Below are positions 8,286 through 16,559 of a DNA stretch of 30,199 bases, piece by piece. Source of the DNA: an uncultured Lentimicrobiaceae bacterium (GTDB lineage Bacteria; Bacteroidota; Bacteroidia; Bacteroidales; F082); contig CAYTUA010000130.1 of NCBI GenBank assembly GCA_964440855.1, forward strand, positions 1 to 30,199. The letters are read 5' to 3'. The notes beneath the pieces were generated by a model. That model was not told the DNA's origin. It ran no database searches and saw only the letters and a program-made list of their open reading frames with translations. Both the position numbers and the translations under genes were made by a program. Positions within the stretch are counted from its first letter, which is position 1. The number at the start of each line of letters is the position of its first letter.

Positions 8286-9269
8286 TTGATTATGTCAAGT
8301 ATGGTGCGCGAATTTCAGGAAATGATTGAAGGCCTTATCAGCGAGCAGAATTTTGCACGTAAACCTGTTGAACTTTACGAACCCATTGCCTATACCATGG
8401 GACAGGGAGGGAAGCGCCTTCGACCGGTATTGACCCTGTTGTCGTGCAATTTGTTTGGTGGTGAGGTTAATCAGGCAACCTATCCGGCACTTGCCGTAGA
8501 AGTGTTTCACAATTTTACACTCGTTCACGATGATATCATGGACAAAGCACCTTTACGCCGTGGAATGGATACTGTTTTTAAAAAATGGAATGCTGATATC
8601 GCCATCCTCTCGGGTGATACCATGTTTGCTATGGCTTATCAATATGCCCTGCGGACAGAGCCCGCATTTGTGTCCGACATTTTGCGTGTATTCAGTAAGG
8701 CCGCCATCGAAGTGTGCGAGGGTCAGCAAATGGATATGAATTTTGAAACACAACCGGAGGTTGAGATTGCTGATTACCTGGAAATGATACGCCTTAAAAC
8801 AGCTGTGCTATTAGGGGCAGCACTTGAAATTGGCGCTATTGTGGGAAAAGCCTCCGAAGCTGATATTGTTCATATTTATGAATTTGGTGTAAATCTGGGA
8901 ATTGCCTTTCAGCTGAAAGATGACCTGCTCGATGTATTTGGCGACCAAAAAGAGTTTGGAAAAATGAGCGGCGGCGATATAGCAGCCAATAAAAAAACCT
9001 ATCTCTATCTGAAGGCCTTAGAACTGGCCAATTCCCAACAAAATGCTAAATTGAAAAAGTATTACACCACCAACGATATGCCAGCTGAAGAAAAAATTAT
9101 TGCCGTAAAAACTATTTTTGATGACTTGCAAATAGAAAATCAAGTGAGTGATATCATGCAGCAGTATTATGAATCAGCATTGGCCGCTTTAGCCAGGATA
9201 AATTTACCCGAAAAGCAAAAAGAACCCCTGCTGAACTTTGCCGAAAAACTCTTCCACCGAACTTATTAG
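8286..9269 (+). CDS. Polyprenyl synthetase (geranylgeranyl-diphosphate synthase-like); start could be ATG 8292
   Basis: GGKRLRP, HNFTLVHDDIMD..LRRG (first Asp-rich motif), EGQQMD, KTA and FQLKDDLLD (second Asp-rich motif). Confidence 0.93.
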   Translation: MIMSSMVREFQEMIEGLISEQNFARKPVELYEPIAYTMGQGGKRLRPVLTLLSCNLFGGEVNQATYPALAVEVFHNFTLVHDDIMDKAPLRRGMDTVFKKWNADIAILSGDTMFAMAYQYALRTEPAFVSDILRVFSKAAIEVCEGQQMDMNFETQPEVEIADYLEMIRLKTAVLLGAALEIGAIVGKASEADIVHIYEFGVNLGIAFQLKDDLLDVFGDQKEFGKMSGGDIAANKKTYLYLKALELANSQQNAKLKKYYTTNDMPAEEKIIAVKTIFDDLQIENQVSDIMQQYYESALAALARINLPEKQKEPLLNFAEKLFHRTY

Positions 9270-9310
9270 TTATTGTAAACTGATGGGTCTTTTATGCTAA
9301 TCTGTATTCC

Positions 9311-11269
9311 TCACTGAAAATGAAGCAATGAGCCTTGCAACTCATCCAATTGTTGGTGTTTCTGTTCCCAGCTTTCCATGGTGGCTGTCAATTTTTCCTT
9401 GATACCGGAATATTGCTTATACCATTCGTCATCAATTGTTTGTTGGTGTGCCGATGGATTGGCGAGCATAGTATCTGCCTCAGTAATTTGCTGTTCCAGT
9501 TTGGAGATTTGCTGCTCAAGCATTTCAATTTCACGTTCGGTTTTCCGGATGTCGCGGTCAATCAATTTGCGTTTTTCGTAATTCTTCTTGTTCTGCGAAA
9601 CAGGTTCAGAAGCAGAGGATTCCGCATCATTTATTTTTTTCTGCTCCAGCTCTTCCAGCTTTTCAATTTGCCTTGAATCAAGAAAATCATAAATATCACC
9701 TATATGCTCTCTGATACGTGGTTTTCGAAACTCATAAACCTTGTTGGTGAGGCCTTGCAAAAAGTCCCGGTCGTGCGATACAATGATCAAAGTGCCATCA
9801 AAACGGATCAGGGCACTTTTCAAAATATCCTTCGATTGCATGTCCAGGTGGTTGGTTGGTTCATCAAGGACCAATAAATTCACCGGGTTCAGCAAGAGCT
9901 TTGCCAACGAAAGTCTTGATTTTTCACCCCCTGAAAGAACTTTCACCTTTTTGTCGATGGCTTCTCCTCCAAAAAGGAATGCACCAAGCAAGCCCTTTAT
10001 CCTGGGGCGCATTTCACCAACAGCCACCTCATCCAGGGTTTCGAAAACAGTTTTTTCGCCATCAAGCATATCATGCTGATTTTGGGCGTAATAGCCTACA
10101 CTTACCTGATGGCCCAATTTGAGTTCTCCGCTATAATCAAGTACCCCGGCGATGATTTTTGACAGGGTGGACTTTCCTTCACCGTTGCGGCCGACAAATG
10201 CAATGCGGTCGCCGCGTAATACCACCAGATCAATCTTGTTGAGAACCTGCAGATTGCCATATTGTTTGGACAACCCATGAGTTTCAACCGTAATTTTTCC
10301 TGAATGGGGTGCAGGTGGAAAGCGGAAATGAATGGCAGATTTGTCCATGTCGTCTATGGCGATTTCATCCATCTTTTCCAACATCTTTACCCGTGATTGC
10401 ACTTGCTTTGATTTGGTGCTTTTATAACGAAAACGTTCGATAAAGCGCTCAATTTCACGCACCTCGCGTTGCTGGTTGTTGTAGGCTGCCTGCTGATTGC
10501 TGATGCGTTCCTCGCGCATGCCTATATATTCTGAATAAGAGCCTTTGTAATCGTACACCTTGCCCTGGCTGATTTCAATGGTGCGCTTGGTGATGTTATC
10601 AAGAAAGGCCCTGTCGTGGGAAACCATTACGATGGCGCCATAATAGGTTTGTAAAAAACCTTCGAGCCACTGTATGGATTCGATATCGAGGTGGTTGGTA
10701 GGCTCGTCAAGCAGCAATAAGGAGGGCTGTTTGAGCAGGATTTTAGCCAATTCCACACGCATCTGCCAGCCGTTGCTAAATTCCTGCATAGGCCGGCTTA
10801 AGTCGGTACGCTCAAAACCCAGACCGGTAAGTACGCGTTCTGCCTCGCCCTCAATGGTGCTGGAGCCAAGCAATGCCAATCTTTCATTGAGCAGGCTCAA
10901 GCGCTCGATCAGTTTGTTGTAGGCGGTTGATTCGTAATCGTTGCGTTCAGTAATTTCACCCGTAATTTTGGCAATCTGCTTTTCCAGGTGGTTGATCTCG
11001 TCAAAGGCAGTCATGGCTTCATCCAAAACAGTTTTATTGCTGCCAAGTTCCTTTTCCTGGGGTAGGTAACCCAGTGAGGCATCTTCTGGTACTATCACAT
11101 CCCCTTTATAAGGTTGCTCCAAGCCGCAAATGAGACGCAGCAGCGTAGTTTTGCCTGCACCGTTCCTGCCCACCAACCCAATACGGTCCTTCTCGCGGAT
11201 CAAAAAGGTGATGTTGGTGAATAGGTCTTCACCGGTATAGTGCATGCTAAGGTTTTGAACAGAAACCAT
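9311..11269 (-). CDS. ABC-F family ATPase (Uup/YheS/YdiF-like) with C-terminal coiled coil
   Basis: Two ABC domains (GRNGAGKTT, LLLLDEPTNHLD; GRNGEGKST, LSGGEKSR, LLVLDEPTNHLD), no TM segments, an interdomain linker and a C-terminal helical extension. Confidence 0.93.
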   Translation of the reverse strand: MVSVQNLSMHYTGEDLFTNITFLIREKDRIGLVGRNGAGKTTLLRLICGLEQPYKGDVIVPEDASLGYLPQEKELGSNKTVLDEAMTAFDEINHLEKQIAKITGEITERNDYESTAYNKLIERLSLLNERLALLGSSTIEGEAERVLTGLGFERTDLSRPMQEFSNGWQMRVELAKILLKQPSLLLLDEPTNHLDIESIQWLEGFLQTYYGAIVMVSHDRAFLDNITKRTIEISQGKVYDYKGSYSEYIGMREERISNQQAAYNNQQREVREIERFIERFRYKSTKSKQVQSRVKMLEKMDEIAIDDMDKSAIHFRFPPAPHSGKITVETHGLSKQYGNLQVLNKIDLVVLRGDRIAFVGRNGEGKSTLSKIIAGVLDYSGELKLGHQVSVGYYAQNQHDMLDGEKTVFETLDEVAVGEMRPRIKGLLGAFLFGGEAIDKKVKVLSGGEKSRLSLAKLLLNPVNLLVLDEPTNHLDMQSKDILKSALIRFDGTLIIVSHDRDFLQGLTNKVYEFRKPRIREHIGDIYDFLDSRQIEKLEELEQKKINDAESSASEPVSQNKKNYEKRKLIDRDIRKTEREIEMLEQQISKLEQQITEADTMLANPSAHQQTIDDEWYKQYSGIKEKLTATMESWEQKHQQLDELQGSLLHFQ

Positions 11270-11338
11270 TGGTTAGTTTTGGGGTTGTCAGGTGTGATTT
11301 ACAATAAATTTTATCAGCTCTGCTATTCAGATTGCCTG

Positions 11339-11346
11339 CAAAAATA
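11339..11346 (-). promoter_or_regulatory. -7 promoter box (TATTTTTG) for the ABC-F gene
   Basis: CAAAAATA on the + strand, followed on the - strand by CAGGC, 69 bp upstream of the ATG. Confidence 0.55.
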
Positions 11347-11435
11347 GTGGTTTTGCTTGAGTCAAAGGGTTAAATCAATAAATTCAGAAGGACTGTTGCA
11401 TGTTTGACAAGATGTAAAAATAGTGGAAAATCAAT

Positions 11436-11443
11436 TATTTTTG
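11436..11443 (+). promoter_or_regulatory. -7 promoter box (TATTTTTG) for the divergent 11595 cluster
   Basis: Exact TAnnTTTG followed by CC, in the divergent intergenic region. Confidence 0.45.
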
Positions 11444-11594
11444 CCTCTTAATTGAATTTTAGAAGAGGCTGAAAGATACAGCAAGCAGTAATTATTTTTT
11501 CAGGGTCAAAGCAACAATAACATATGTATAATTGTTATGTAAAATGCCCATCTCCTATGCTCGGGATGGATTTAAACAATAAACACCAATCCAA

Positions 11595-12161
11595 ATGCGT
11601 ACATTTTTAATTCTGATCCTGCTGTTGCCCGCTGCACATTATGGGTTTACGCAGAATAAATACGAAAAAGAAATCCGTGTTAAAGACAAGGATGTGCCCA
11701 TAGAGGCTTTGCGTTTTGTTGACACATTGGCGTTTACAAAAAAGGTTAAATGGTTCAAGGAAATCGGATTGGATAAAAACTCTTATGAAGCAAAAACCAA
11801 AAAAGAGGGTCGGTGGTATAGCATTGAATTTTCTGCTGATGGAACTTTTGAGGACATTGAAATAGTGATTGATTCAGAAGAAATTCCTGATGAAATACAG
11901 AAAAAGATATTCACTTATCTCAATGAAAAGTATGATAAATATACGATTGAGAAAATACAGATACAGTATTCGGGAAGCCACACCCTAAACTATTTTCTAA
12001 ACAGGGGGCCGGTAGTTGATCTTAAAATTCAATACGAAATTGTGCTTTCAAGCAAATTGGATGGTGCATTCGTAATGTTTGAAGCATTGTTCGATGCTGA
12101 TGGAGCATTTTTAAACAGTGCGCGAATTGTTTTAGACAGATTGGACAATATTGAATATTAG
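11595..12161 (+). CDS. Secreted hypothetical protein, PepSY-like/BLIP-like repeat pattern
   Basis: N-terminal signal peptide and a repeated xVPxxA/xIPxEIQ..Y...IEKI pattern with YEAK..YSIEFSADG typical of Bacteroidota PepSY-like proteins. Confidence 0.6.
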   Translation: MRTFLILILLLPAAHYGFTQNKYEKEIRVKDKDVPIEALRFVDTLAFTKKVKWFKEIGLDKNSYEAKTKKEGRWYSIEFSADGTFEDIEIVIDSEEIPDEIQKKIFTYLNEKYDKYTIEKIQIQYSGSHTLNYFLNRGPVVDLKIQYEIVLSSKLDGAFVMFEALFDADGAFLNSARIVLDRLDNIEY

Positions 12162-12162
12162 C

Positions 12163-12828
12163 ATGAGAAGTAGCGTTTGGTTATTGTGTATTATTTTGAT
12201 TATTCCATTGATTAGCAATGCGCAATCGAATTTTCAGCTGGGCATTTTGCCTTCAGTTAACATCAATGCGAAATTGCCGAAGGATTGGGCCCTTAATTTT
12301 AAGGTTGAATCAAGGCAGGGCTTGTTTAATGATCAATTTAACTACGATTATTTGCTCACCGATATCTCCATCGGAGGAGGAAAAAAAATTGGCATCAATA
12401 CGACCCTGGCAGGTGCTTATCTGATCCGAATTGATAACAACTCAGTAAGACACAGGGCGATTCAACAGCTAAGTTTTGTCAGGAGATATCCGGGTTTAAG
12501 ATTATCGCATAGAATATCGGCAGATCAAACATTTAAAGATGAAGAAAGTACTGAAATCAGATTGCGATACAGACTTTCATCTGAGATACCCTTGCAAGGA
12601 CATTCCCTCGATCCAAAGGAATTTTTTCTGAAGTTTAACAACGAGTATCTGAACGCTTTTGAAGGAAATGATTATGATTTGGAAATCAGGGTAGCTGCCT
12701 TTGTCGGATATGCCTTAACTGCTTCTGGGAAGCTGGAAATTGGGCCCGATTACCGACTTGATTCCTTTATCAATCATGCTGCAAGAAATCGCGTGTGGAT
12801 CAGCATCAACTTTTATCAGTCATTGTAG
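12163..12828 (+). CDS. DUF2490-like outer-membrane beta-barrel protein (start revised from 12151 to ATG 12163)
   Basis: Signal peptide, alternating amphipathic strands, RHRAIQQ, RLRYRLSSEIPL and NNEYL motifs, and an aromatic residue near the C-terminus. Confidence 0.7.
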   Translation: MRSSVWLLCIILIIPLISNAQSNFQLGILPSVNINAKLPKDWALNFKVESRQGLFNDQFNYDYLLTDISIGGGKKIGINTTLAGAYLIRIDNNSVRHRAIQQLSFVRRYPGLRLSHRISADQTFKDEESTEIRLRYRLSSEIPLQGHSLDPKEFFLKFNNEYLNAFEGNDYDLEIRVAAFVGYALTASGKLEIGPDYRLDSFINHAARNRVWISINFYQSL

Positions 12829-12889
12829 GCTATTATACCCTGAATTGTTGCTGATTGAGCATGTTTCAAGAATATTTACTTGAATCATT

Positions 12890-12897
12890 TATCTTTG
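12890..12897 (+). promoter_or_regulatory. -7 promoter box (TATCTTTG) for the GNAT gene
   Basis: Exact consensus 23 bp upstream of ATG 12921. Confidence 0.6.
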
Positions 12898-12920
12898 AGC
12901 CCCTAAGACATTGCTATGCC

Positions 12921-13775
12921 ATGAAAAAATATCAGCTTAAATTATTAGACCTTAAAGGAGTTCGCCAATTGGTTTCCTGGGCTGCCGATGAAGGATGGAA
13001 TCCTGGGCCAGAAGATGCAGAAGTGTTTTATCGGACTGACCCGGAAGGGTTTTATGGCTTTTTTGAAGATGGGAAGTTAATTGCCGGAGGAGCTATTGTT
13101 TCCTATGATACAAGCTTTGGTTTCATGGGCCTTTTCATTGTTCAGCCCGGTTTAAGGTCGAAAGGCCTCGGAAAGCAACTGTGGTATCAGCGCCGCAATT
13201 TGCTTCTTAGCAGATTAAGACCAGGCGCTGCTATTGGTATGGACGGGGTTGTAGCCATGCAGCCTTTTTACAATAGAGGAGGCTTTGAAATGGCGTTTAG
13301 GAGTGAACGCTATCGAAGACTTGGAAGCTATTTCGAGTCAGAAGAGAATGTCAACAGAATTGATATAAATGATTTTCAAAAAATCATAGAGTACGACACC
13401 CGTTGTTTTGGTTTCCCACGTCCTGAGTTTCTGGAACAATGGCTTGTTCTCCAATCAAGTTTTAAATATGCTTATACGGAGGAGGGAACAACCCGGGGTT
13501 ATGCAGTTCTGCGCAAAGTAATTGATGGTTATAAAATCGGCCCCCTATTTGCCGACAATGCTTTGATTGCCGAAGCACTCTATCGCACCTGCCTTTCTTC
13601 TGTTGAGGGTGAGGCTGTTTTTCTGGATGCACCTGTAGTGAACGTAGTAGCCATTGAAATGCTTAATAAGTACAAAGCCACCTATGTGTTTGAATGTGCC
13701 AGGATGTACTATGGCAATCCACCAAACTTGCCAATGAATAATATATTTGGTATCACTACTTTTGAGCTCGGCTAA
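12921..13775 (+). CDS. Tandem-GNAT N-acetyltransferase (YitH-like) (start revised from 12855 to 12921)
   Basis: WAADEGWNPG, FGFMGLFIV..RSKGLG (acetyl-CoA motif A), GMDGVVAMQPFY, and a second domain with KIGPLFAD and FECARMY. Confidence 0.85.
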   Translation: MKKYQLKLLDLKGVRQLVSWAADEGWNPGPEDAEVFYRTDPEGFYGFFEDGKLIAGGAIVSYDTSFGFMGLFIVQPGLRSKGLGKQLWYQRRNLLLSRLRPGAAIGMDGVVAMQPFYNRGGFEMAFRSERYRRLGSYFESEENVNRIDINDFQKIIEYDTRCFGFPRPEFLEQWLVLQSSFKYAYTEEGTTRGYAVLRKVIDGYKIGPLFADNALIAEALYRTCLSSVEGEAVFLDAPVVNVVAIEMLNKYKATYVFECARMYYGNPPNLPMNNIFGITTFELG

Positions 13776-13806
13776 AGATAGCCAGAAGTTATATAAAATC
13801 AGATCC

Positions 13807-14349
13807 ATGCCTAAATACTTCATTGTTGTTGCATTGGCTGTTTTGTTTTCAGGCTGCCATTATAACCAATCAAAATCAGATCTTATGGAAAATTCAGCAC
13901 AAAAAACCCACAATAAGCTGGCCGAAAACGATACCACCCCAAGGGTAACTGGCATAGGTGGTATTTTCTTTTTTTCGGATAATCCGAATGAAACAAAGGC
14001 CTGGTATGCCAAAAATTTGGGACTTGAAGTAAATGAATGGGGATCAAGTTTTGAATTCAGAAATGGCAACCGGCCTGATGAAATCAATTATTTGCAATGG
14101 AGCCCATTCAAAACAGGAAGTGCTTATTTTGAACCTTCTCAAAAGGAATTTATGATCAATTACCGTGTGCAGAATATCGAAGGGCTTGTGCGCCAATTGA
14201 AGGAAAATGGCGTAACTATTCTCGATAGCATTGAGGCGTTTGATTATGGGAAGTTTGTGCATATTATGGATGCGGAAGGCAATAAAATCGAACTTTGGGA
14301 ACCTGTTGACAGCGTGTTCACCGCCATGGGCGGAAAAACAACAAAATAG
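13807..14349 (+). CDS. VOC/glyoxalase-family protein with a predicted lipoprotein signal (start revised from 13747 to 13807)
   Basis: PRVTGIGGIFF, WYAKNLG, FMINYRV and DYGKFVHIMDAEGNKIELWEP motifs. N-terminus MPKYFIVVALAVLFSG-C. Confidence 0.85.
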   Translation: MPKYFIVVALAVLFSGCHYNQSKSDLMENSAQKTHNKLAENDTTPRVTGIGGIFFFSDNPNETKAWYAKNLGLEVNEWGSSFEFRNGNRPDEINYLQWSPFKTGSAYFEPSQKEFMINYRVQNIEGLVRQLKENGVTILDSIEAFDYGKFVHIMDAEGNKIELWEPVDSVFTAMGGKTTK

Positions 14350-14360
14350 CTTTTCGGAAG

Positions 14361-14397
14361 GGCCTTAGCCATTGTGAATGGGACGAAAGGCTTTTTG
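14361..14397 (+). terminator. Possible intrinsic terminator after the VOC gene
   Basis: GCCTT..CCATT-GTG-AATGG..AAGGC interrupted hairpin followed by TTTTT. Confidence 0.4.
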
Positions 14398-14457
14398 CGA
14401 AATAAATTTGCCTGCCTCATATATCCGCTAAATGCGATGGCATTCTGGTAATCTCCT

Positions 14458-14465
14458 TATCTTTG
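14458..14465 (+). promoter_or_regulatory. -7 promoter box (TATCTTTG) immediately before the TPR lipoprotein start
   Basis: TATCTTTG-CGCC-ATG. Confidence 0.65.
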
Positions 14466-14469
14466 CGCC

Positions 14470-15363
14470 ATGAAAATCTGGAACAAACTCATGGCAACGG
14501 CCTCGATTGCCTTAACAATAGTGCTGACGATAAGCAGCTGCTCCACTACAATGAATACTGCTGAGCTGCAGCGGAATGCTGAAAGTGCCTTTGCCGCTGG
14601 TGAATATGCAAAGGCTTTGCAGCAATACGAAAACTTGATTGAAAGCTGGAACAACAGCAAGGAAAACGAACAAAATCCCTATTACGACAAAGCTGGCCAT
14701 GCGGCTTTTGCCCTGAAAGACTATGAGAAAGCCAATAATTATTTTAGTCAAGCCATGCACTACGGAACAGCTACACCAGCCACCTATACCGAACTAATTG
14801 GCTACTACCGCGAAATCAACAATTTTTCGCGCGAAATGATGACACTTGAAGGCATGGTTGAGACTTTTCCGGAGAAAGCAGCTGCCAACGGGGTGCATGA
14901 GCGACTTTTTGAAATGTATGTTGAAACTGATCGTTGGGAAGATGCTGCTTTACAAGCCAAAAAGTTCAATCCCAAATCCGACGAAATATTGCTTGAAAAG
15001 TTGCTGGAAATGCACAGCAGTTTGGGCAATAAGGCTGAAGCAGATGACATGGCCGGGCAACTTTTAGCCCTGAACGGAGACAATATTCCGGCCTTGGAAT
15101 GGCGTGCAAAAAAATATTACGACAAGGCCGAAGCCCGTTACAAAGCTGAAGCAGAAGCTTACGATCGCAATAAAACCCGTCGCCAATATGCGCAGTTGCT
15201 CGAAGGTTATGAAGCTGCTGGCGTGGATTACCGCAAAGCGCGCGATATTTATGAGCGTTTGTACAAACGCAAGCCTGAAAAACGCTATGCCTTGTATCTT
15301 TACAATATTTATGCACGATTTCAGGATGAAGCCAAAGCAGCTTATTACCGTTCCAGGATGTAA
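14470..15363 (+). CDS. TPR-repeat lipoprotein
   Basis: Signal peptide II (IVLTISS-C) and helical repeats (AFAAGEYAKALQQYE, AFALKDYEKANNYF, YRKARDIYERLY). Confidence 0.8.
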   Translation: MKIWNKLMATASIALTIVLTISSCSTTMNTAELQRNAESAFAAGEYAKALQQYENLIESWNNSKENEQNPYYDKAGHAAFALKDYEKANNYFSQAMHYGTATPATYTELIGYYREINNFSREMMTLEGMVETFPEKAAANGVHERLFEMYVETDRWEDAALQAKKFNPKSDEILLEKLLEMHSSLGNKAEADDMAGQLLALNGDNIPALEWRAKKYYDKAEARYKAEAEAYDRNKTRRQYAQLLEGYEAAGVDYRKARDIYERLYKRKPEKRYALYLYNIYARFQDEAKAAYYRSRM

Positions 15364-15482
15364 AATTTAAATCACTGACAAAGTGGAAGAAACGGTTGCC
15401 ACTGTAAAAATGGCAACTTATAATGCTTGCATGAGGTTAGGCCTGTTTGTGGCAACTTATTTCAACGAAAAAATAAATACAA

Positions 15483-16523
15483 ATGACTGACGAAAACGAA
15501 ATGACCGGCATCAACGAATTGGGTGAATTTGGCCTGATTGATCACCTTACCAAAGGGATTGAATTGGTGAATCCTTCAAGCATTAAGGGCGTGGGCGACG
15601 ATGCAGCTGTTATTGATAATGAATCCTATCAAACCCTTGTCTCCACTGATTTGCTCGTTGAAGGAATTCATTTCGATATGATGTACACCCCCTTAAAACA
15701 CCTTGGTTACAAAGCAGCTGTGGTGAATTTTTCCGATATTTTTGCCATGAATGGAGTTCCAAAACAAATTGTGGTAGGCATCGCCCTTTCAAGCAAATTT
15801 ACCTTGGAAGCTGTTGAGGAAATGTATGAAGGTATCCGCACAGCCTGCGCCAATTATGGCGTTGATATGGTTGGGGGCGACACAACCACTAGCAAATCAG
15901 GCCTGTTTATTTCTGTTACAGTAATCGGGCAAGCCAAAGCCGATAAGCTCTGCTATCGCTCCGGGGCAAGCGAAAATGATTTGATTTGCGTAAGTGGCGA
16001 TTTGGGAGGTGCCTATATGGGGCTGCTGTTGCTTGAGCGTGAAAAAGCTGTTTTTAAGGCCAATCCCGAAATGCAACCCGATCTGGATGGTTATGATTAT
16101 GTGCTTGGCCGACAACTCAAACCGGAGGCAAGGCAAGATATTGTGAATGAACTGGCCGAGGCCGGCATTCTTCCCACTTCCATGATTGATATTTCTGATG
16201 GCTTGGCTTCCGAAGTATTTCATTTACGCAAACACAGTGGATTGGGATGCCGCATTTATGAAGAAAAGCTTCCTATTCATGCTGAGACCCTACGTGTGTG
16301 CGAGGAGTTTAAAATGGTGCCCGCTATTGCAGCGCTCAATGGGGGCGAAGATTATGAACTGCTTTTTACAATCAAACAAGCTGATTTTTCAAAAATTGGC
16401 CAACTGGATAAGGTTACCGTTATTGGCCATATGACGGCGGATGCCAATGAGGCCACACTTGTAAGTGTAGATAACCAAGCCATTACTTTAAAAGCCCAGG
16501 GGTGGGATGCGTTGAAAAGCTGA
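15483..16523 (+). CDS. thiL: Thiamine-monophosphate kinase
   Basis: GEFGLI, GVGDDAAV, TDLLVEGIHF, NFSDIFAM, VGGDTT, MIDISDGLASE and GGEDYELLFT motifs. Confidence 0.96.
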   Translation: MTDENEMTGINELGEFGLIDHLTKGIELVNPSSIKGVGDDAAVIDNESYQTLVSTDLLVEGIHFDMMYTPLKHLGYKAAVVNFSDIFAMNGVPKQIVVGIALSSKFTLEAVEEMYEGIRTACANYGVDMVGGDTTTSKSGLFISVTVIGQAKADKLCYRSGASENDLICVSGDLGGAYMGLLLLEREKAVFKANPEMQPDLDGYDYVLGRQLKPEARQDIVNELAEAGILPTSMIDISDGLASEVFHLRKHSGLGCRIYEEKLPIHAETLRVCEEFKMVPAIAALNGGEDYELLFTIKQADFSKIGQLDKVTVIGHMTADANEATLVSVDNQAITLKAQGWDALKS

Positions 16524-16559
16524 TAACTTTGTGGACTAATCAAGCCGTTTTTTCAACTG

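Noticed and set aside
11513-11540. Overlapping short dyads (AACAAT/ATTGTT, ATAACA/TGTTAT) in the divergent promoter region
   Set aside because: 6-bp A/T-rich arms are expected by chance here.
15364-15482. TPP riboswitch or sigma-54 promoter upstream of thiL
   Set aside because: No TPP aptamer motifs are present. GG and GC are spaced 11 nt apart rather than the 10 nt required for sigma-54.
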